DNA from: Candidatus Latescibacterota bacterium
GTDB taxonomy: Bacteria > Latescibacterota > UBA2968 > GCA-2709665
Reading direction: 5' to 3'
Assembly (NCBI GenBank): GCA_965219455.1
Contig: OZ244744.1
Span: 1,760,001-1,824,000, forward strand
DNA: 64,000 bases
This document shows, one piece after another, positions 1 to 9,603 of the stretch. The translations under genes were made by a program, and so were the position numbers. Below the pieces are notes generated by a model. The model had not been told where the DNA came from and made no database searches. It saw nothing but the letters and a program-made list of their open reading frames with translations. How positions within the stretch are numbered: the stretch's first letter is position 1; the number at the start of each line of letters is the position of its first letter.

Positions 1-736
1 GGATCAATTCCTCGTGACGCTTCTTATGGTCGAGATTGGTGAACCAGGCTGCGTTGCCCAACCGTCCCTTGACAACCCCCTCGACGACTCTATAAGCGCT
101 CCCCTCCTTTGCGGTCGCCACCAATTCCTGCGCGTAAGCCTCCGGCACATCGAACAGCATATCCTGGCCCTTCGGGGTGACACCAAGCCACATCCTGTTG
201 TCCTTGATTAGTGGGAAAATCTCCTTGTAGGTGACGGCGTTCTGACTCCCGACGATCAGGAACTTCTTGCCGTACTGCACCAGTTGGGCGACGTATTCGC
301 GGAACAGCGAAAACGGTGGATTGGTCACCACGACTTCCGCCTGCTTCAGGAGCTCTATGCATTCCGCGCTGCGGAAATCGCCGTCCCCTATAAACTCACG
401 GATTCCGATATCCCCGACGTCGGGCACCCTGCCGCCCTTCGCGTTTCCCTTGTATTCGAGCCATATCGCCCGCTCCGAATCGTGACGACTGAACAGATCG
501 CGCTCTTGGTTCTTGTAGCCGGCGGTAATGAGTCGCTTCAGACCCAGGCGCTCGAAGTTGTACGAGAAGTAGTGGAAGAAGCTGGAGACGCGGGGATCGT
601 CGCAATTGCAGTACACGACCTTGCCCTGGAAATGTCCGGTGTAGTGGCGCAGCTCGTTCTCGATGTCGGAAAGCTGCGTGTAGAACTCGTCGTTCTTTTG
701 CCGCTTGGCTTTTCGCAAGTTTTCATTCAGAGACAT
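1..736 (-). CDS. Adenine-specific DNA methyltransferase, M.EcoRI family (3' end outside window)
   Basis: Absent from ORF track because there is no stop in the window. Manual translation from ATG 736: MSLNENLRKAKRQKNDEFYTQLSDIENELRHY...VVYCNCDDP...GDGDFRSAECIELLKQAEVVVTNPPFSLFREY, with the KNDEFYT, CNCDDP and TNPPF motifs of this family. Confidence 0.9.
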   Translation of the reverse strand, partial: MSLNENLRKAKRQKNDEFYTQLSDIENELRHYTGHFQGKVVYCNCDDPRVSSFFHYFSYNFERLGLKRLITAGYKNQERDLFSRHDSERAIWLEYKGNAKGGRVPDVGDIGIREFIGDGDFRSAECIELLKQAEVVVTNPPFSLFREYVAQLVQYGKKFLIVGSQNAVTYKEIFPLIKDNRMWLGVTPKGQDMLFDVPEAYAQELVATAKEGSAYRVVEGVVKGRLGNAAWFTNLDHKKRHEELI

Positions 737-775
737 GGGTTTGCTGCCGAATTAAGGTGCTAAGAGGACATTCCA

Positions 776-1270
776 TCATTCCCACAGCTTTTTCAAAAAT
801 TCCTCTGGCGACTCACAGACGTTTTCCGACGCAGGTTCGTTCTGAGCCTCATGAATCATGGCTTGCCATCGAAGGTCCTGGCACATACCGATCATCGCTT
901 TAACGGATTCTATCAAAGTGCTCAGCGCGTCTACCTTCCTGTTGTCGGTTTCAGGTCCCGCGCTATTGAGAAGCGGGACGAAAGTCTTCAGACACTTTCT
1001 TAACATTTCCTCGAAATTTTCCAAATACTCGACGGACGCATCTATGTCCTCATAGGGCATCAGGTGCTTTAATCTGTCGGGATTCTTAACCGCCTCATTG
1101 TAGATGTTTTGCAGGAACGCGGTATGTCGCTTCGTATCCCTGTTCATTTCACCTGCAATCTTGACAAAGGACATGACGGATTTTTCTCTAAAGTCCCCGC
1201 TAACCCACGGAATATCAACGCTTAACATACCCTGATTGAATGCCATCACGGTTGGCGCAAAATCGGTCAT
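776..1270 (-). CDS. Hypothetical 164-aa helical protein; probable paralog of 26710-27201
   Basis: Lower-GC ORF with own promoter, 40 bp upstream of the methyltransferase; ends ...ESPEEFLKKLWE. Confidence 0.75.
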   Translation of the reverse strand: MTDFAPTVMAFNQGMLSVDIPWVSGDFREKSVMSFVKIAGEMNRDTKRHTAFLQNIYNEAVKNPDRLKHLMPYEDIDASVEYLENFEEMLRKCLKTFVPLLNSAGPETDNRKVDALSTLIESVKAMIGMCQDLRWQAMIHEAQNEPASENVCESPEEFLKKLWE

Positions 1271-1310
1271 TGCCCTGTTTCCCCCTCAGTTGCCTTTTGC
1301 GCAACTCAAA

Positions 1311-1340
1311 AAAGTACGTCAGGAGTGTACTGTTTGTCAA
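1311..1340 (-). promoter_or_regulatory. Sigma70-like promoter for 776-1270
   Basis: TTGACA-18 bp-TACTTT on minus strand. Confidence 0.5.
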
Positions 1341-1420
1341 GTCTATTTGCAAAAGTACTGGGGCGGTACGGGTGGCTGTGAGTACGGTCGCTTACCGGAG
1401 TCAACATCCCGTCACCCACC

Positions 1421-2395
1421 TCATCCCACCTCTGTAATTTGATACAGCGGGTCCAGCCCCTGCGCGATCCGTTCCACGTTCTCCGCACAGGCCTCCCCGC
1501 GCCTCCTCGATGTACCATAGGTCTGGCCTGCGGTATGGGGCGTGGCGACTACGTTCGGCATTTGCAGAAACGGATGGTCCGCAGGCAGCGGCTCCTCGGC
1601 GAACACATCCAGCCCGGCGCCCTTGATCCGCCCGCTGTGCAACGCCTCGACAAGTGCGGCCTCATCCGCGATTTCCCCTCTGGCCACGTTGATCAGCACC
1701 GCCGTGGGCTTCATCGCCGCCAGCGCTCGCTTGTCGATCATATGCCGCGTTTTCGACGTCAGCGGCACGTGCAGCGACACGTAGTCCGCCTGGGCGAGCA
1801 CTGTTTCCAGTTCAGATGGATCCACAAACACTTCCACCCCCAATTCATCCAGCCTCTCTGGCGGGATCTCCACGGCATCGACGGCCGCAATCCGCATTCC
1901 CATCGCTTTCGCCCGCGCCGCCAGCGCCTGTCCGCTCGCGCCCAACCCCACCAACCCGAGCGTCTTTCCCGCAAGTTCCTCGCTCAGCGGCAAGTAAAAC
2001 ACCTCCGACCGGAGGTTACGCACGTGCTCGTCGAACCGTTTCGCGAAATACAACATCAGGAACATTGCGTGCTCCGCCAGCGCCACCGCGCTGAACGGAC
2101 CCGGCGTATTGGCAAGCGCCAGCCCTTTTTCAAGGAAATACGCCACGTCCACGTGGTCCACCCCCGTGCCCAGCACCTGCCACAGCTTGACGCGGGCGGA
2201 CAGCGCGGCGTCGATCAGGGCTCGAGTGCCCACCGACCCCCCCTGATCCACCACGACTTCCGCGCCCTCGAACTGTTCGGCCATGGGTTTCGCCGGATCG
2301 TACAGGCACACCTCATGCCGCTCATCGACCGCCGTCCTGAAGTCGTCGTAACACGGTTGCAGCATATCCTCCACACTCAGATATAAGACCTTCAT
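1421..2395 (-). CDS. D-2-hydroxyacid dehydrogenase family protein
   Basis: GLVGLGASG Rossmann motif, LINVARG, GLDVF..EP, TPHTAG. Confidence 0.93.
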   Translation of the reverse strand: MKVLYLSVEDMLQPCYDDFRTAVDERHEVCLYDPAKPMAEQFEGAEVVVDQGGSVGTRALIDAALSARVKLWQVLGTGVDHVDVAYFLEKGLALANTPGPFSAVALAEHAMFLMLYFAKRFDEHVRNLRSEVFYLPLSEELAGKTLGLVGLGASGQALAARAKAMGMRIAAVDAVEIPPERLDELGVEVFVDPSELETVLAQADYVSLHVPLTSKTRHMIDKRALAAMKPTAVLINVARGEIADEAALVEALHSGRIKGAGLDVFAEEPLPADHPFLQMPNVVATPHTAGQTYGTSRRRGEACAENVERIAQGLDPLYQITEVG

Positions 2396-2435
2396 CTGTC
2401 ACGATCCTCCCGGTTGCGTTTAGACACTCACCAGT

Positions 2436-2983
2436 TAGAATCTCACCACCCCCATAACGTCCCCTATTCCCTTGCCCTTTTTAGGTAGACTGCGAAAGAC
2501 CATTTTGTAGGTTCGTGCTTTTGCCGCGCGGAAGAGCGGGCGATTCGCGAACCGCCCCTACACCAAACGGCCATCAGTGGTATTCTTATCGCCGTGTTAC
2601 GCGGCCATCGTCGGATTTGTAGGGGCAACCCTTGTGGGTTGCCCTCGTGAAGGCGCAGTCATCGGCGATAGGCATCACGCGGCAGTATTGCTAACCAATA
2701 TTGGGTGTCTGTCGACAACTGATTGCTCCTCGCTGGTGAGAAACTCAATGAAATTTACGATTAAAACGCCTTTCCAGAGGACTAACAGAGCAGAGCGCGC
2801 TATTCCGTCCAGCGCTGAAGATTGGAGTACCTGCGAGGTTAGCAGGGCAGAGTACCCGGTGCGTCTGCGGCGTGATTCGCGCTGTGCATATGGCAGGCCC
2901 CGCGCCCAGCGGCGACTTTTGGTTCCTTTTGGTCGCTTCAAAAGGAACACGCCGTAGGCAGGGAATTAGGGGAGATGTGGATG
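2436..2983 (-). repeat. Copy 1 of hairpin/triplex-armed interspersed element (left arm plus body ~2765-2983, right-arm remnant 2436-2482, REPs in between)
   Basis: Reverse complement matches 40621-40840 and 41120-41165. Confidence 0.85.
2538..2644. repeat. Two GTAG-tagged REP-like palindromes
   Basis: GTAGGGGCGGTTCGCGAATCGCCC (2538-2561, minus) and GTAGGGGCAACCCTTGTGGGTTGCCC (2619-2644, plus). Confidence 0.8.
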
Positions 2984-3004
2984 TTGAATTTGGTTTTCGC
3001 TCTT

Positions 3005-3031
3005 AGCTGACGGCTGAGAGCTGATGGCTGG
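3005..3031. repeat. Heptamer tandem repeat (nnGCTGA)n
   Basis: tagctga cggctga gagctga tggctgg; same family near 9195, 34735, 40555, 48033, 54160, 54290. Confidence 0.75.
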
Positions 3032-3043
3032 TTTTTTAGGATT

Positions 3044-5044
3044 CTAATAATTGTGAAACCCGTGCCCATGCCCAGGAAACCAGATCAGGTCGATCACCTG
3101 CGCAATGCCGATTCCAACGCAATAGCCGATCACCGTTCCGTAGAAAAACGGTTTCGCCTTCTGGTACATCCGGGGCCCCCCGTAGTGCACGATCAGCAGC
3201 TTCGCCGCCCACACCATCATGATGCTAAACACATAATATCTCGGGCCGGTTGTATACTGGAACGCCAAGCCCAGCGGGTGCAATGGCCACCATGGAAACC
3301 AGGTCCGCAACAGGGCCAGCAGGCCCGCTTCGGCCGCGCCGAACAGCCAGACCCCCAGCTTCTGGGGGTCGAATACGGTCCGGTCCGCCTCACCGATGGA
3401 CGTTGCCAGGCCGTTGAATATGCCGTGCGGCCCCTCCCATAACGTCCACGATCGCAGAAACAGCGCGGACTCCGTATAGCAGAAATAGATAATTAAGCCC
3501 ACGCATACCAGGAAGCTGACCACGAATCCCGAAAAAACCGTCCCGCCAATCCATCCCCGGCGGGATTTCAGACGGTCCATCGCCTTCAGATGATGCGGCA
3601 ACATCTGAATCGTCTGCAGCCGGCCCCCTCCAAAAAATATACTGCTGTTCAAAAGCCCCAATCCGACCAGGTTGCGGGTATCCATTGTCGCCGTGCCCGT
3701 GATGGACTTCAGCCACCATCCGCCCTTGCCGCCCACGGGTACGAGGTATCCGAACCCGGTCGCCGCCATGTATTTCGCGACCGTGAAGTACGCAATGAAC
3801 ATCAACGTCATCTGTCCCAGGGCAAGGCTGAACGAGAGGCCCACCGCCATGAAGAATCCGCAGACAAAACTCGCGCAGATCACAAGCCCCGCCACCGCGG
3901 TCCGATAGGACACCGGACCCTCTCCCGCGTCCCCTCCTTCCCAGGTCTTCTTCCATACGTAAGCGAGGTGACGCCTGGCCATCCAGATGGACCACACCAC
4001 CAGGATCGTCATCGCCCCGTGGCTTTCCAGATTGACGATTTCGTTGCCGGTCGAGGGCTGCCCCGCCAGGCCCACCGTGAACCCGGTCCGATTCATCACA
4101 CCGACCTTCACCACCGCCAGCAAACCCATAAACCAGAAACTGAACAGCAGATCCAGGCGGCACAGATAACCCAGACCGATCACCAGCGGAAGTACGCGAT
4201 AGTAGACGCGTGGGAAATTCTGGGCCACCACCATCCACTTGGTATTCACCGAATCGAAGAGCGTAACGCGCGGCACCTGGGGATACCAGAACGTGATGAT
4301 GTTCCAGCAGATGATGCCCGCGGTCCAGGCGAAACCGAACCAGAACAACGGAGACCGGAAGAGCATCGGAATACAGCGACCGCGTCCGATCCCCTCGGTA
4401 AGGTCCGCTGGAAAACTCACCAGGGGGTAGGTCAACCGCTCCGCATCGGCCCATTGGCGATGAAAGATCGTGGTAACAAAAAAAGCCACACCCACCATGG
4501 CGAGGCTGCCTGTCAGCCACCAGCCCACCGGCGCAAACCACCCGGACCACGGAACCGTCTCCCCTTTGCGCAGCCCGAAATAGAACCGGTCCACAATTTC
4601 CGGCACGGGTTCGGGAAACGCCCAGTGCGGCAACTCGTCCAGGAACAGGTCTGCCCAGCGATTCTCGGGAGTGGCGAAAAAATGCGGCGCGGGAAGCGCG
4701 CCCGTCATATACCCCGTCCAGCCCACCCCCGGCATCATTCCCGCAATCCACGCCATGGCGAAGATGACCATCATTTCGGTGCGGGAAAGCACGCTCCGGG
4801 GCGCAACCCGGGCGATCACCATATTGATGGTCACCCAGATTGTAAACAACAGGATCAACGATACGGGAAAATTGGACTTTACCAGCGACCCCACGTGCAG
4901 CACCATCGACCCGGCAATACCGTAATAGGCCGACGCGGCCGCCGTCACCAGACCCAGAACCACCGATCGCGCCGTGATGCCGTTCCGCCCCGGAACGGGG
5001 TCTTCAAAACCGTCCTGGCTGTCTGTAAGACGCGCCTGAGCCAT
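3044..5044 (-). CDS. Multi-pass membrane protein, DUF6785/DUF6784-like putative transporter
   Basis: 666 aa with many TM helices; motifs QW...ERLTYPL, WWPLHPLG, YGG..MY.KAKPFF.G. Confidence 0.8.
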   Translation of the reverse strand: MAQARLTDSQDGFEDPVPGRNGITARSVVLGLVTAAASAYYGIAGSMVLHVGSLVKSNFPVSLILLFTIWVTINMVIARVAPRSVLSRTEMMVIFAMAWIAGMMPGVGWTGYMTGALPAPHFFATPENRWADLFLDELPHWAFPEPVPEIVDRFYFGLRKGETVPWSGWFAPVGWWLTGSLAMVGVAFFVTTIFHRQWADAERLTYPLVSFPADLTEGIGRGRCIPMLFRSPLFWFGFAWTAGIICWNIITFWYPQVPRVTLFDSVNTKWMVVAQNFPRVYYRVLPLVIGLGYLCRLDLLFSFWFMGLLAVVKVGVMNRTGFTVGLAGQPSTGNEIVNLESHGAMTILVVWSIWMARRHLAYVWKKTWEGGDAGEGPVSYRTAVAGLVICASFVCGFFMAVGLSFSLALGQMTLMFIAYFTVAKYMAATGFGYLVPVGGKGGWWLKSITGTATMDTRNLVGLGLLNSSIFFGGGRLQTIQMLPHHLKAMDRLKSRRGWIGGTVFSGFVVSFLVCVGLIIYFCYTESALFLRSWTLWEGPHGIFNGLATSIGEADRTVFDPQKLGVWLFGAAEAGLLALLRTWFPWWPLHPLGLAFQYTTGPRYYVFSIMMVWAAKLLIVHYGGPRMYQKAKPFFYGTVIGYCVGIGIAQVIDLIWFPGHGHGFHNY

Positions 5045-5202
5045 ACCCCCGGTCCTCTGAGCAAAACCCGGCAGGTCGCCGGCAATCGGTCATCCCCTTT
5101 GTCTCAATCAGGCGCCGTTGAACCCCACGCCGACGTCCTCATCGCATCTGTCTCCCCCTTCAGCACGGCGAAGGAGGCTCGACGATCGGGCTTCGCGGTG
5201 CT

Positions 5203-6033
5203 TCAGCCGCCGGGAACAAACCGCCTCAGATAGTCCACGGCCCTGGGAACCGCCGTCTCCTCCGCTTCCACGGCCTGTCCTTCGTAGACCACCGAAACCC
5301 AACCGTTGTAATCCACGCCTCTCAAAATCTCAAAAATCCTGGGATAGTCCAGCCAGGCCTCCTCACCGGTCTGAATCCTGTAAATCTTCGCGCGCACGTG
5401 CACGGCCATCGGCGCCGTCTCCGCGATGCTCCCGTAAAAATCCAGCGCGGGATCTTCCCGCCCGTTTGCGCCGCTCGCCCCCGGCGACCCCACGTACTGA
5501 CCGGTATCGAGAATATGCGAGAGATAGGCATTGTCCACCGTCTCGATGATGCGGCGCACATCCTTTCCCGTACGGGTCACACACCCGTGGTTGTGGTTGT
5601 GCAGACCCAGGACGACTCCCTTATTCTCGCCATACGCGGCCACCTCCCGCATACATGGCATCATCCGTTCCCACACCTCCTCTTCCGACGCGCCTCCGCG
5701 CACCCACGCCGCAAAAATCCGCACCAGGGGCACACCCATGAAAGCAGCCACGTCCACCCACGATTTCACCTCGTCAACCGCGCTGGGCAGCTCGGGCACC
5801 GGCCTGCCGAAATCGTTGCTCACCCCGATATAGGAAATCGCCAGCCCGCGCTTCAGGCATCGCATCCTGACATCCCGCAGATACGCCGGCTCGGTGGACG
5901 CAAACGCCCGCGTATGAATATCGATCCCATCCAGCCGCAGTTCATGCGCCCTGTCGATAAACCCGGCCAGGTCTAACTCTCCGTTCGCAAATTGATCCTT
6001 GTAGCTGAGCGACATACAGCCCAATTTCATCAT
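5203..6033 (-). CDS. Sugar phosphate isomerase/epimerase (xylose-isomerase-like TIM barrel)
   Basis: LHNHNH, ILDTGQ, HVRAK, VVYEG metal motifs; RBS AAGGAG upstream. Confidence 0.88.
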   Translation of the reverse strand: MMKLGCMSLSYKDQFANGELDLAGFIDRAHELRLDGIDIHTRAFASTEPAYLRDVRMRCLKRGLAISYIGVSNDFGRPVPELPSAVDEVKSWVDVAAFMGVPLVRIFAAWVRGGASEEEVWERMMPCMREVAAYGENKGVVLGLHNHNHGCVTRTGKDVRRIIETVDNAYLSHILDTGQYVGSPGASGANGREDPALDFYGSIAETAPMAVHVRAKIYRIQTGEEAWLDYPRIFEILRGVDYNGWVSVVYEGQAVEAEETAVPRAVDYLRRFVPGG

Positions 6034-6088
6034 CCTGTCGTTCTCCTTGAAAAAGCCGGCGAACCGCCCGTTTTCGACCGCCAGCAAC

Positions 6089-7216
6089 TCAAAACGCGGC
6101 AAGGACTTCAACAAGCCTGTCGACGTCCGCGCTGCCGTTGTACAGATGCGTGGACACCCTCAGGCGGCCGTATTCGCCCCAGCACAGTACCCCTTTCGCG
6201 GCCAGACGCATTTCCAGCCCCTTCGCATCGTCCACGGCAAAGCAGGTATTTCCCGACCGCGCCCGGCGTTCCATGGGACTGATTACCGAAAGTCGGAGCC
6301 GCTCCAGACCGGCGCTCACCTGCTCCGACAGATCGCGCGCATGCGTATCGATCCGATCCATACCCACGTCCAGCAAGACCTCCAGCGCCTTGTCCAGGTG
6401 CATCACCACCATCATCGCGGGGTTTCCCGGCTCCATCCGGTCCGGCATCGGTTTCTCGTCCACATCGGGATGGCGCTCGGCGCGCTGGGCCGGCCAGACC
6501 GCCAGGTTCCGCCAGCCAAAGCACGTCGTCGCGATCTGAGCCTCCGCCCGTTCGCTCACGTAACACGGCGCGACACCATGCGTCGCCAGCATCCATTTGT
6601 AACTGCTGCTCACCGTCAGATCCGCCAACCCGGCATCGACCCACACCACCCCGGACGCGTGGGTCGCGTCAACCGCCAGCAGCACCCCCCTGCCCCGCGT
6701 CCCCTCGGAGAGCCGTTCCACGTCCAGATTCTGCCCCGTGTAGAAACTCACCTGGCTTACGGCCAGCACCCGCGTGCGTGCGTCCACCGCCGCCAGGAGA
6801 TCCGCCTCGTGGACGAACCAGTCGCGGTGCGGCACCATACGCACCTCCACACCCAGTCGATCCAGTTGTTTCCACGCATAGGCTACCGACGGGAACTCCA
6901 GGTTCGTCGTCACCACGTTATCCCCCTCCCGCCATTCCAGCCCCCTCGCCAGCCAATTGATGCCCTCCGCCGCCGACGGCATGAAGGCAATACGTTCCGC
7001 TGGCACGCCCCAGAGTTCGCTCAGACGGCCCCGGCACCGGTTACCAACGTCATAAATCTCGCCCCGCCCGTCATATCCTCCGCTCTTCAGGCGCGCAAAC
7101 TCGGCATAGACCGCCTGTTGTGCCTTCAGCCAGGGGCTTTCTCCTCCTGTACACAAATGCGTGACGCCTTCCAGTCCCACAAATTCATCCGGCGATATCA
7201 ATGGCGCGATCTTCAT
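6089..7216 (-). CDS. PLP-dependent aminotransferase class V
   Basis: EFPSV, VDATH, SSSYKW (PLP lysine), RVSTHLYN. Confidence 0.92.
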   Translation of the reverse strand: MKIAPLISPDEFVGLEGVTHLCTGGESPWLKAQQAVYAEFARLKSGGYDGRGEIYDVGNRCRGRLSELWGVPAERIAFMPSAAEGINWLARGLEWREGDNVVTTNLEFPSVAYAWKQLDRLGVEVRMVPHRDWFVHEADLLAAVDARTRVLAVSQVSFYTGQNLDVERLSEGTRGRGVLLAVDATHASGVVWVDAGLADLTVSSSYKWMLATHGVAPCYVSERAEAQIATTCFGWRNLAVWPAQRAERHPDVDEKPMPDRMEPGNPAMMVVMHLDKALEVLLDVGMDRIDTHARDLSEQVSAGLERLRLSVISPMERRARSGNTCFAVDDAKGLEMRLAAKGVLCWGEYGRLRVSTHLYNGSADVDRLVEVLAAF

Positions 7217-7255
7217 AGACCCTCGTCCTCGAACGGACACGGAACGCCGCGTCCC

Positions 7256-8299
7256 TCATACATGAAAAATGTACAGATCCCGATCCACTTCGGACGGCTC
7301 TACCCGGGCCCCGTTCCGGCGGTGGCTCTCGGCCACGGCAAAACAGGCCTCCGTGATATGGTGAGTTACCTCCACGTTGCCCAGCGACGGTTCGCCCGAC
7401 TCGTATGCCGCCACCAGATCCTCGAGACACGCAACCACGGCGCTTTGTGGATCCACCTCCGGAAACGCCGCTGCTTCCACAAACCGGTGTCGTCCTCGCG
7501 GGGCGCCCGTCTTGCGCAATTCCCACCCCACCCCGTTGTTGCGCGAACGGATCGCACCTTCAGCGCCCACCACCTCAAACTCCCAGTGACCCGCGGGAAT
7601 GGTCCAGGCTTCAACCTCGTTCTCGAATTCCAGATGATATCGGGATACCGGATCCTGATCCAGCCGGTTGTTCTCGATGACCAGGTCCTCCGGAAGAAGC
7701 TCGCCGCGCACCCGCGCGATCTTCGGATCGCCCAGCAGATACGAAAGCGTGTCCATCGAATGGACGTGTCCGTGCAGCAGATTCGAACGGGCAAAGTGCA
7801 CCGCCACGTTGACCTTGCCGATTTCACCCTGCGCGATCAGCGCCCTTGCCGCGTGGTAACGGTTGTCGAATCGCCGCAGGACGCCCGTATTGAACACGGT
7901 TCCGTGTTCCAGGCAGGCATCCCGGACCGCGTCGGCTTCCGTCATTGAACACGCCATTGCCTTCTCCAGGTAGAGCATCGGTACGCCCGCCCGGGCGACC
8001 TCCACCCCCATGTCGGCGTGCAGGACCCCCTTCGTGCATACGGCCACCATATCGGGCCGTTCGACCTCGATCATCTTCAGGTAATTCCCGTATAACGCCG
8101 ACACCCCCCACTTCTCGCCAAAGGCCCGCCGTTTCTCCGCCACCAGATCCGATCCCGCCACGAGTTCCAGTCGCTCGCTGGCCTTGCACGAACCGGCCAC
8201 CGAATACGGCAACGGAATGGAGGGGTAGTCCACTACCTCCTCGTCGATCGTACTGCCCATCCGTCCCAGACCCACAATCGCAACCCGATACGTCTTCAT
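7256..8299 (-). CDS. Gfo/Idh/MocA family oxidoreductase
   Basis: VAIVGLGRMG, LEKAM; RBS AAGGAG. Confidence 0.9.
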   Translation of the reverse strand: MKTYRVAIVGLGRMGSTIDEEVVDYPSIPLPYSVAGSCKASERLELVAGSDLVAEKRRAFGEKWGVSALYGNYLKMIEVERPDMVAVCTKGVLHADMGVEVARAGVPMLYLEKAMACSMTEADAVRDACLEHGTVFNTGVLRRFDNRYHAARALIAQGEIGKVNVAVHFARSNLLHGHVHSMDTLSYLLGDPKIARVRGELLPEDLVIENNRLDQDPVSRYHLEFENEVEAWTIPAGHWEFEVVGAEGAIRSRNNGVGWELRKTGAPRGRHRFVEAAAFPEVDPQSAVVACLEDLVAAYESGEPSLGNVEVTHHITEACFAVAESHRRNGARVEPSEVDRDLYIFHV

Positions 8300-8657
8300 G
8301 TACTGACTCCTTTCGGCTTTGAAAAAGACAACGCGCCGACAATTCAGCACGGAAGTCCGCCTACGAGCAAACGGACGTTACGTGTATCGATATCATACCC
8401 GCTGCCTTCGACGCGAATCCGCAGCGATCACATTCCATAATCCGGCGTTGTGCTCCTTTACGCCGTGGAGATGCATTTTAACACCCCAAAACAGACCCGT
8501 CAAGCCCAAAAACGAACTTTCAGGTAGCTCCACGGCGCTTGCGCCGGTGCCTGCCATGCTCTATTTTAGTCCTGCGTATCGAGATATCCTCCGAGCGCAC
8601 CATATTTCCTGACCTATAGCCCTTCCTCAATCGACTTCGGCAGCACGGGCATTCGCC

Positions 8658-9197
8658 ATGCAAGAAGGCAACGTCGTTGCGTCTTTCCCGATTGAAGGAA
8701 CCGAGACGCTCTTCCGGTACCCGCGGTGGCGCGATCTGGACGCCTTCATCGACATGCACCGCACGCTGACGTGCGAAAAAGTCATGTGCAGGCGCCTTGA
8801 ACTCGACGCCGTTTCCGGGGGCCGTGAGCTTTCGCAGGCCCTGGTCGGCATTAAACGGAACCGGTCGAGTTATCTCCTGGTCGAACAGCACGGCGTCCTT
8901 CTCGGCGAGGGATTCACACAAAAAAGCGGTCACGACTACTGTACGATAGGCCTTGCCCTCATTGCCCTCGGCCGGGGGCGGGGGATAGGCACTCGGCTGA
9001 TGCATGCCCTCGAGAGTGAATCCCGCCGCCTCGGCGCGCGACGGCTATTCCTCACCGTCTGGTCCGCCAATACCTCCGCCGTTCATGTCTACGAAAAAGT
9101 CGGGTACATCGAATCCGGGCGCCGCCCGGACTGGGTGTTGATGGACTCCGGCGACACCTGCGATCTCATCGACATGGTGAAAATCCTGGATGAGTAG
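8658..9197 (+). CDS. GNAT family N-acetyltransferase
   Basis: RGRGIGTRLM acetyl-CoA motif, N..A..VYEKVGY. Confidence 0.88.
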   Translation: MQEGNVVASFPIEGTETLFRYPRWRDLDAFIDMHRTLTCEKVMCRRLELDAVSGGRELSQALVGIKRNRSSYLLVEQHGVLLGEGFTQKSGHDYCTIGLALIALGRGRGIGTRLMHALESESRRLGARRLFLTVWSANTSAVHVYEKVGYIESGRRPDWVLMDSGDTCDLIDMVKILDE

Positions 9198-9287
9198 CTG
9201 TAAGCTATCAGCCGTCCTCGGACCTCTCCCCCCGGCTGCTCGCCTCCGGCGGGTGAAGAAAAAAAACAGGGTAATACCAAATTCAAG

Positions 9288-9513
9288 ATCCACATCTCCC
9301 CAGATTCCCTGCCTACGGCGTGTTCCTTTTGAAACGACCAAAAGGAACCAAAAGTCGCCGCTGGGCGCGGGGCCTGCCATATGCACAGCGCGAATACCCA
9401 TTGGAGACGGTACTGGGGATTTTGTCCTGCCAGCCACGGAAGAACGGCGATCCTCGGTGCTGGACGGAACAACGCGCTCTGCTCTGGGAGCGCTCGAGAA
9501 AGACCTCGCGTTT
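9288..9513 (+). repeat. Copy 2 of interspersed element (left arm plus diverged body)
   Basis: About 105 bp nearly identical to 40622-40729, then a diverged body sharing ACGGAA..CGCGCTCTGCTCTG. Confidence 0.88.
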
Positions 9514-9603
9514 GACAAGCGAATGCCACTCTGAGGGCGAGCGATCAGCGGGCCTGTCGCAGTTTCAATTTAGGGTATCGTCAAGAATTCTCCGGAGACT
9601 TCA

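Noticed and set aside
2675-2950. Similar short ORFs within the repeat copies (2675-2950, 9089-9607, 40573-40981, 53791-54172) as a protein family
   Set aside because: They occur in different frames and strands, lack RBSs, and substitutions show no codon periodicity; the similarity comes from the DNA repeat.
2436-2983. Near-equal end-to-end length of element copies 1 (548 bp) and 4 (545 bp) as a length-measuring mechanism
   Set aside because: The distal interiors are non-homologous and there are only two examples, so coincidence cannot be excluded.
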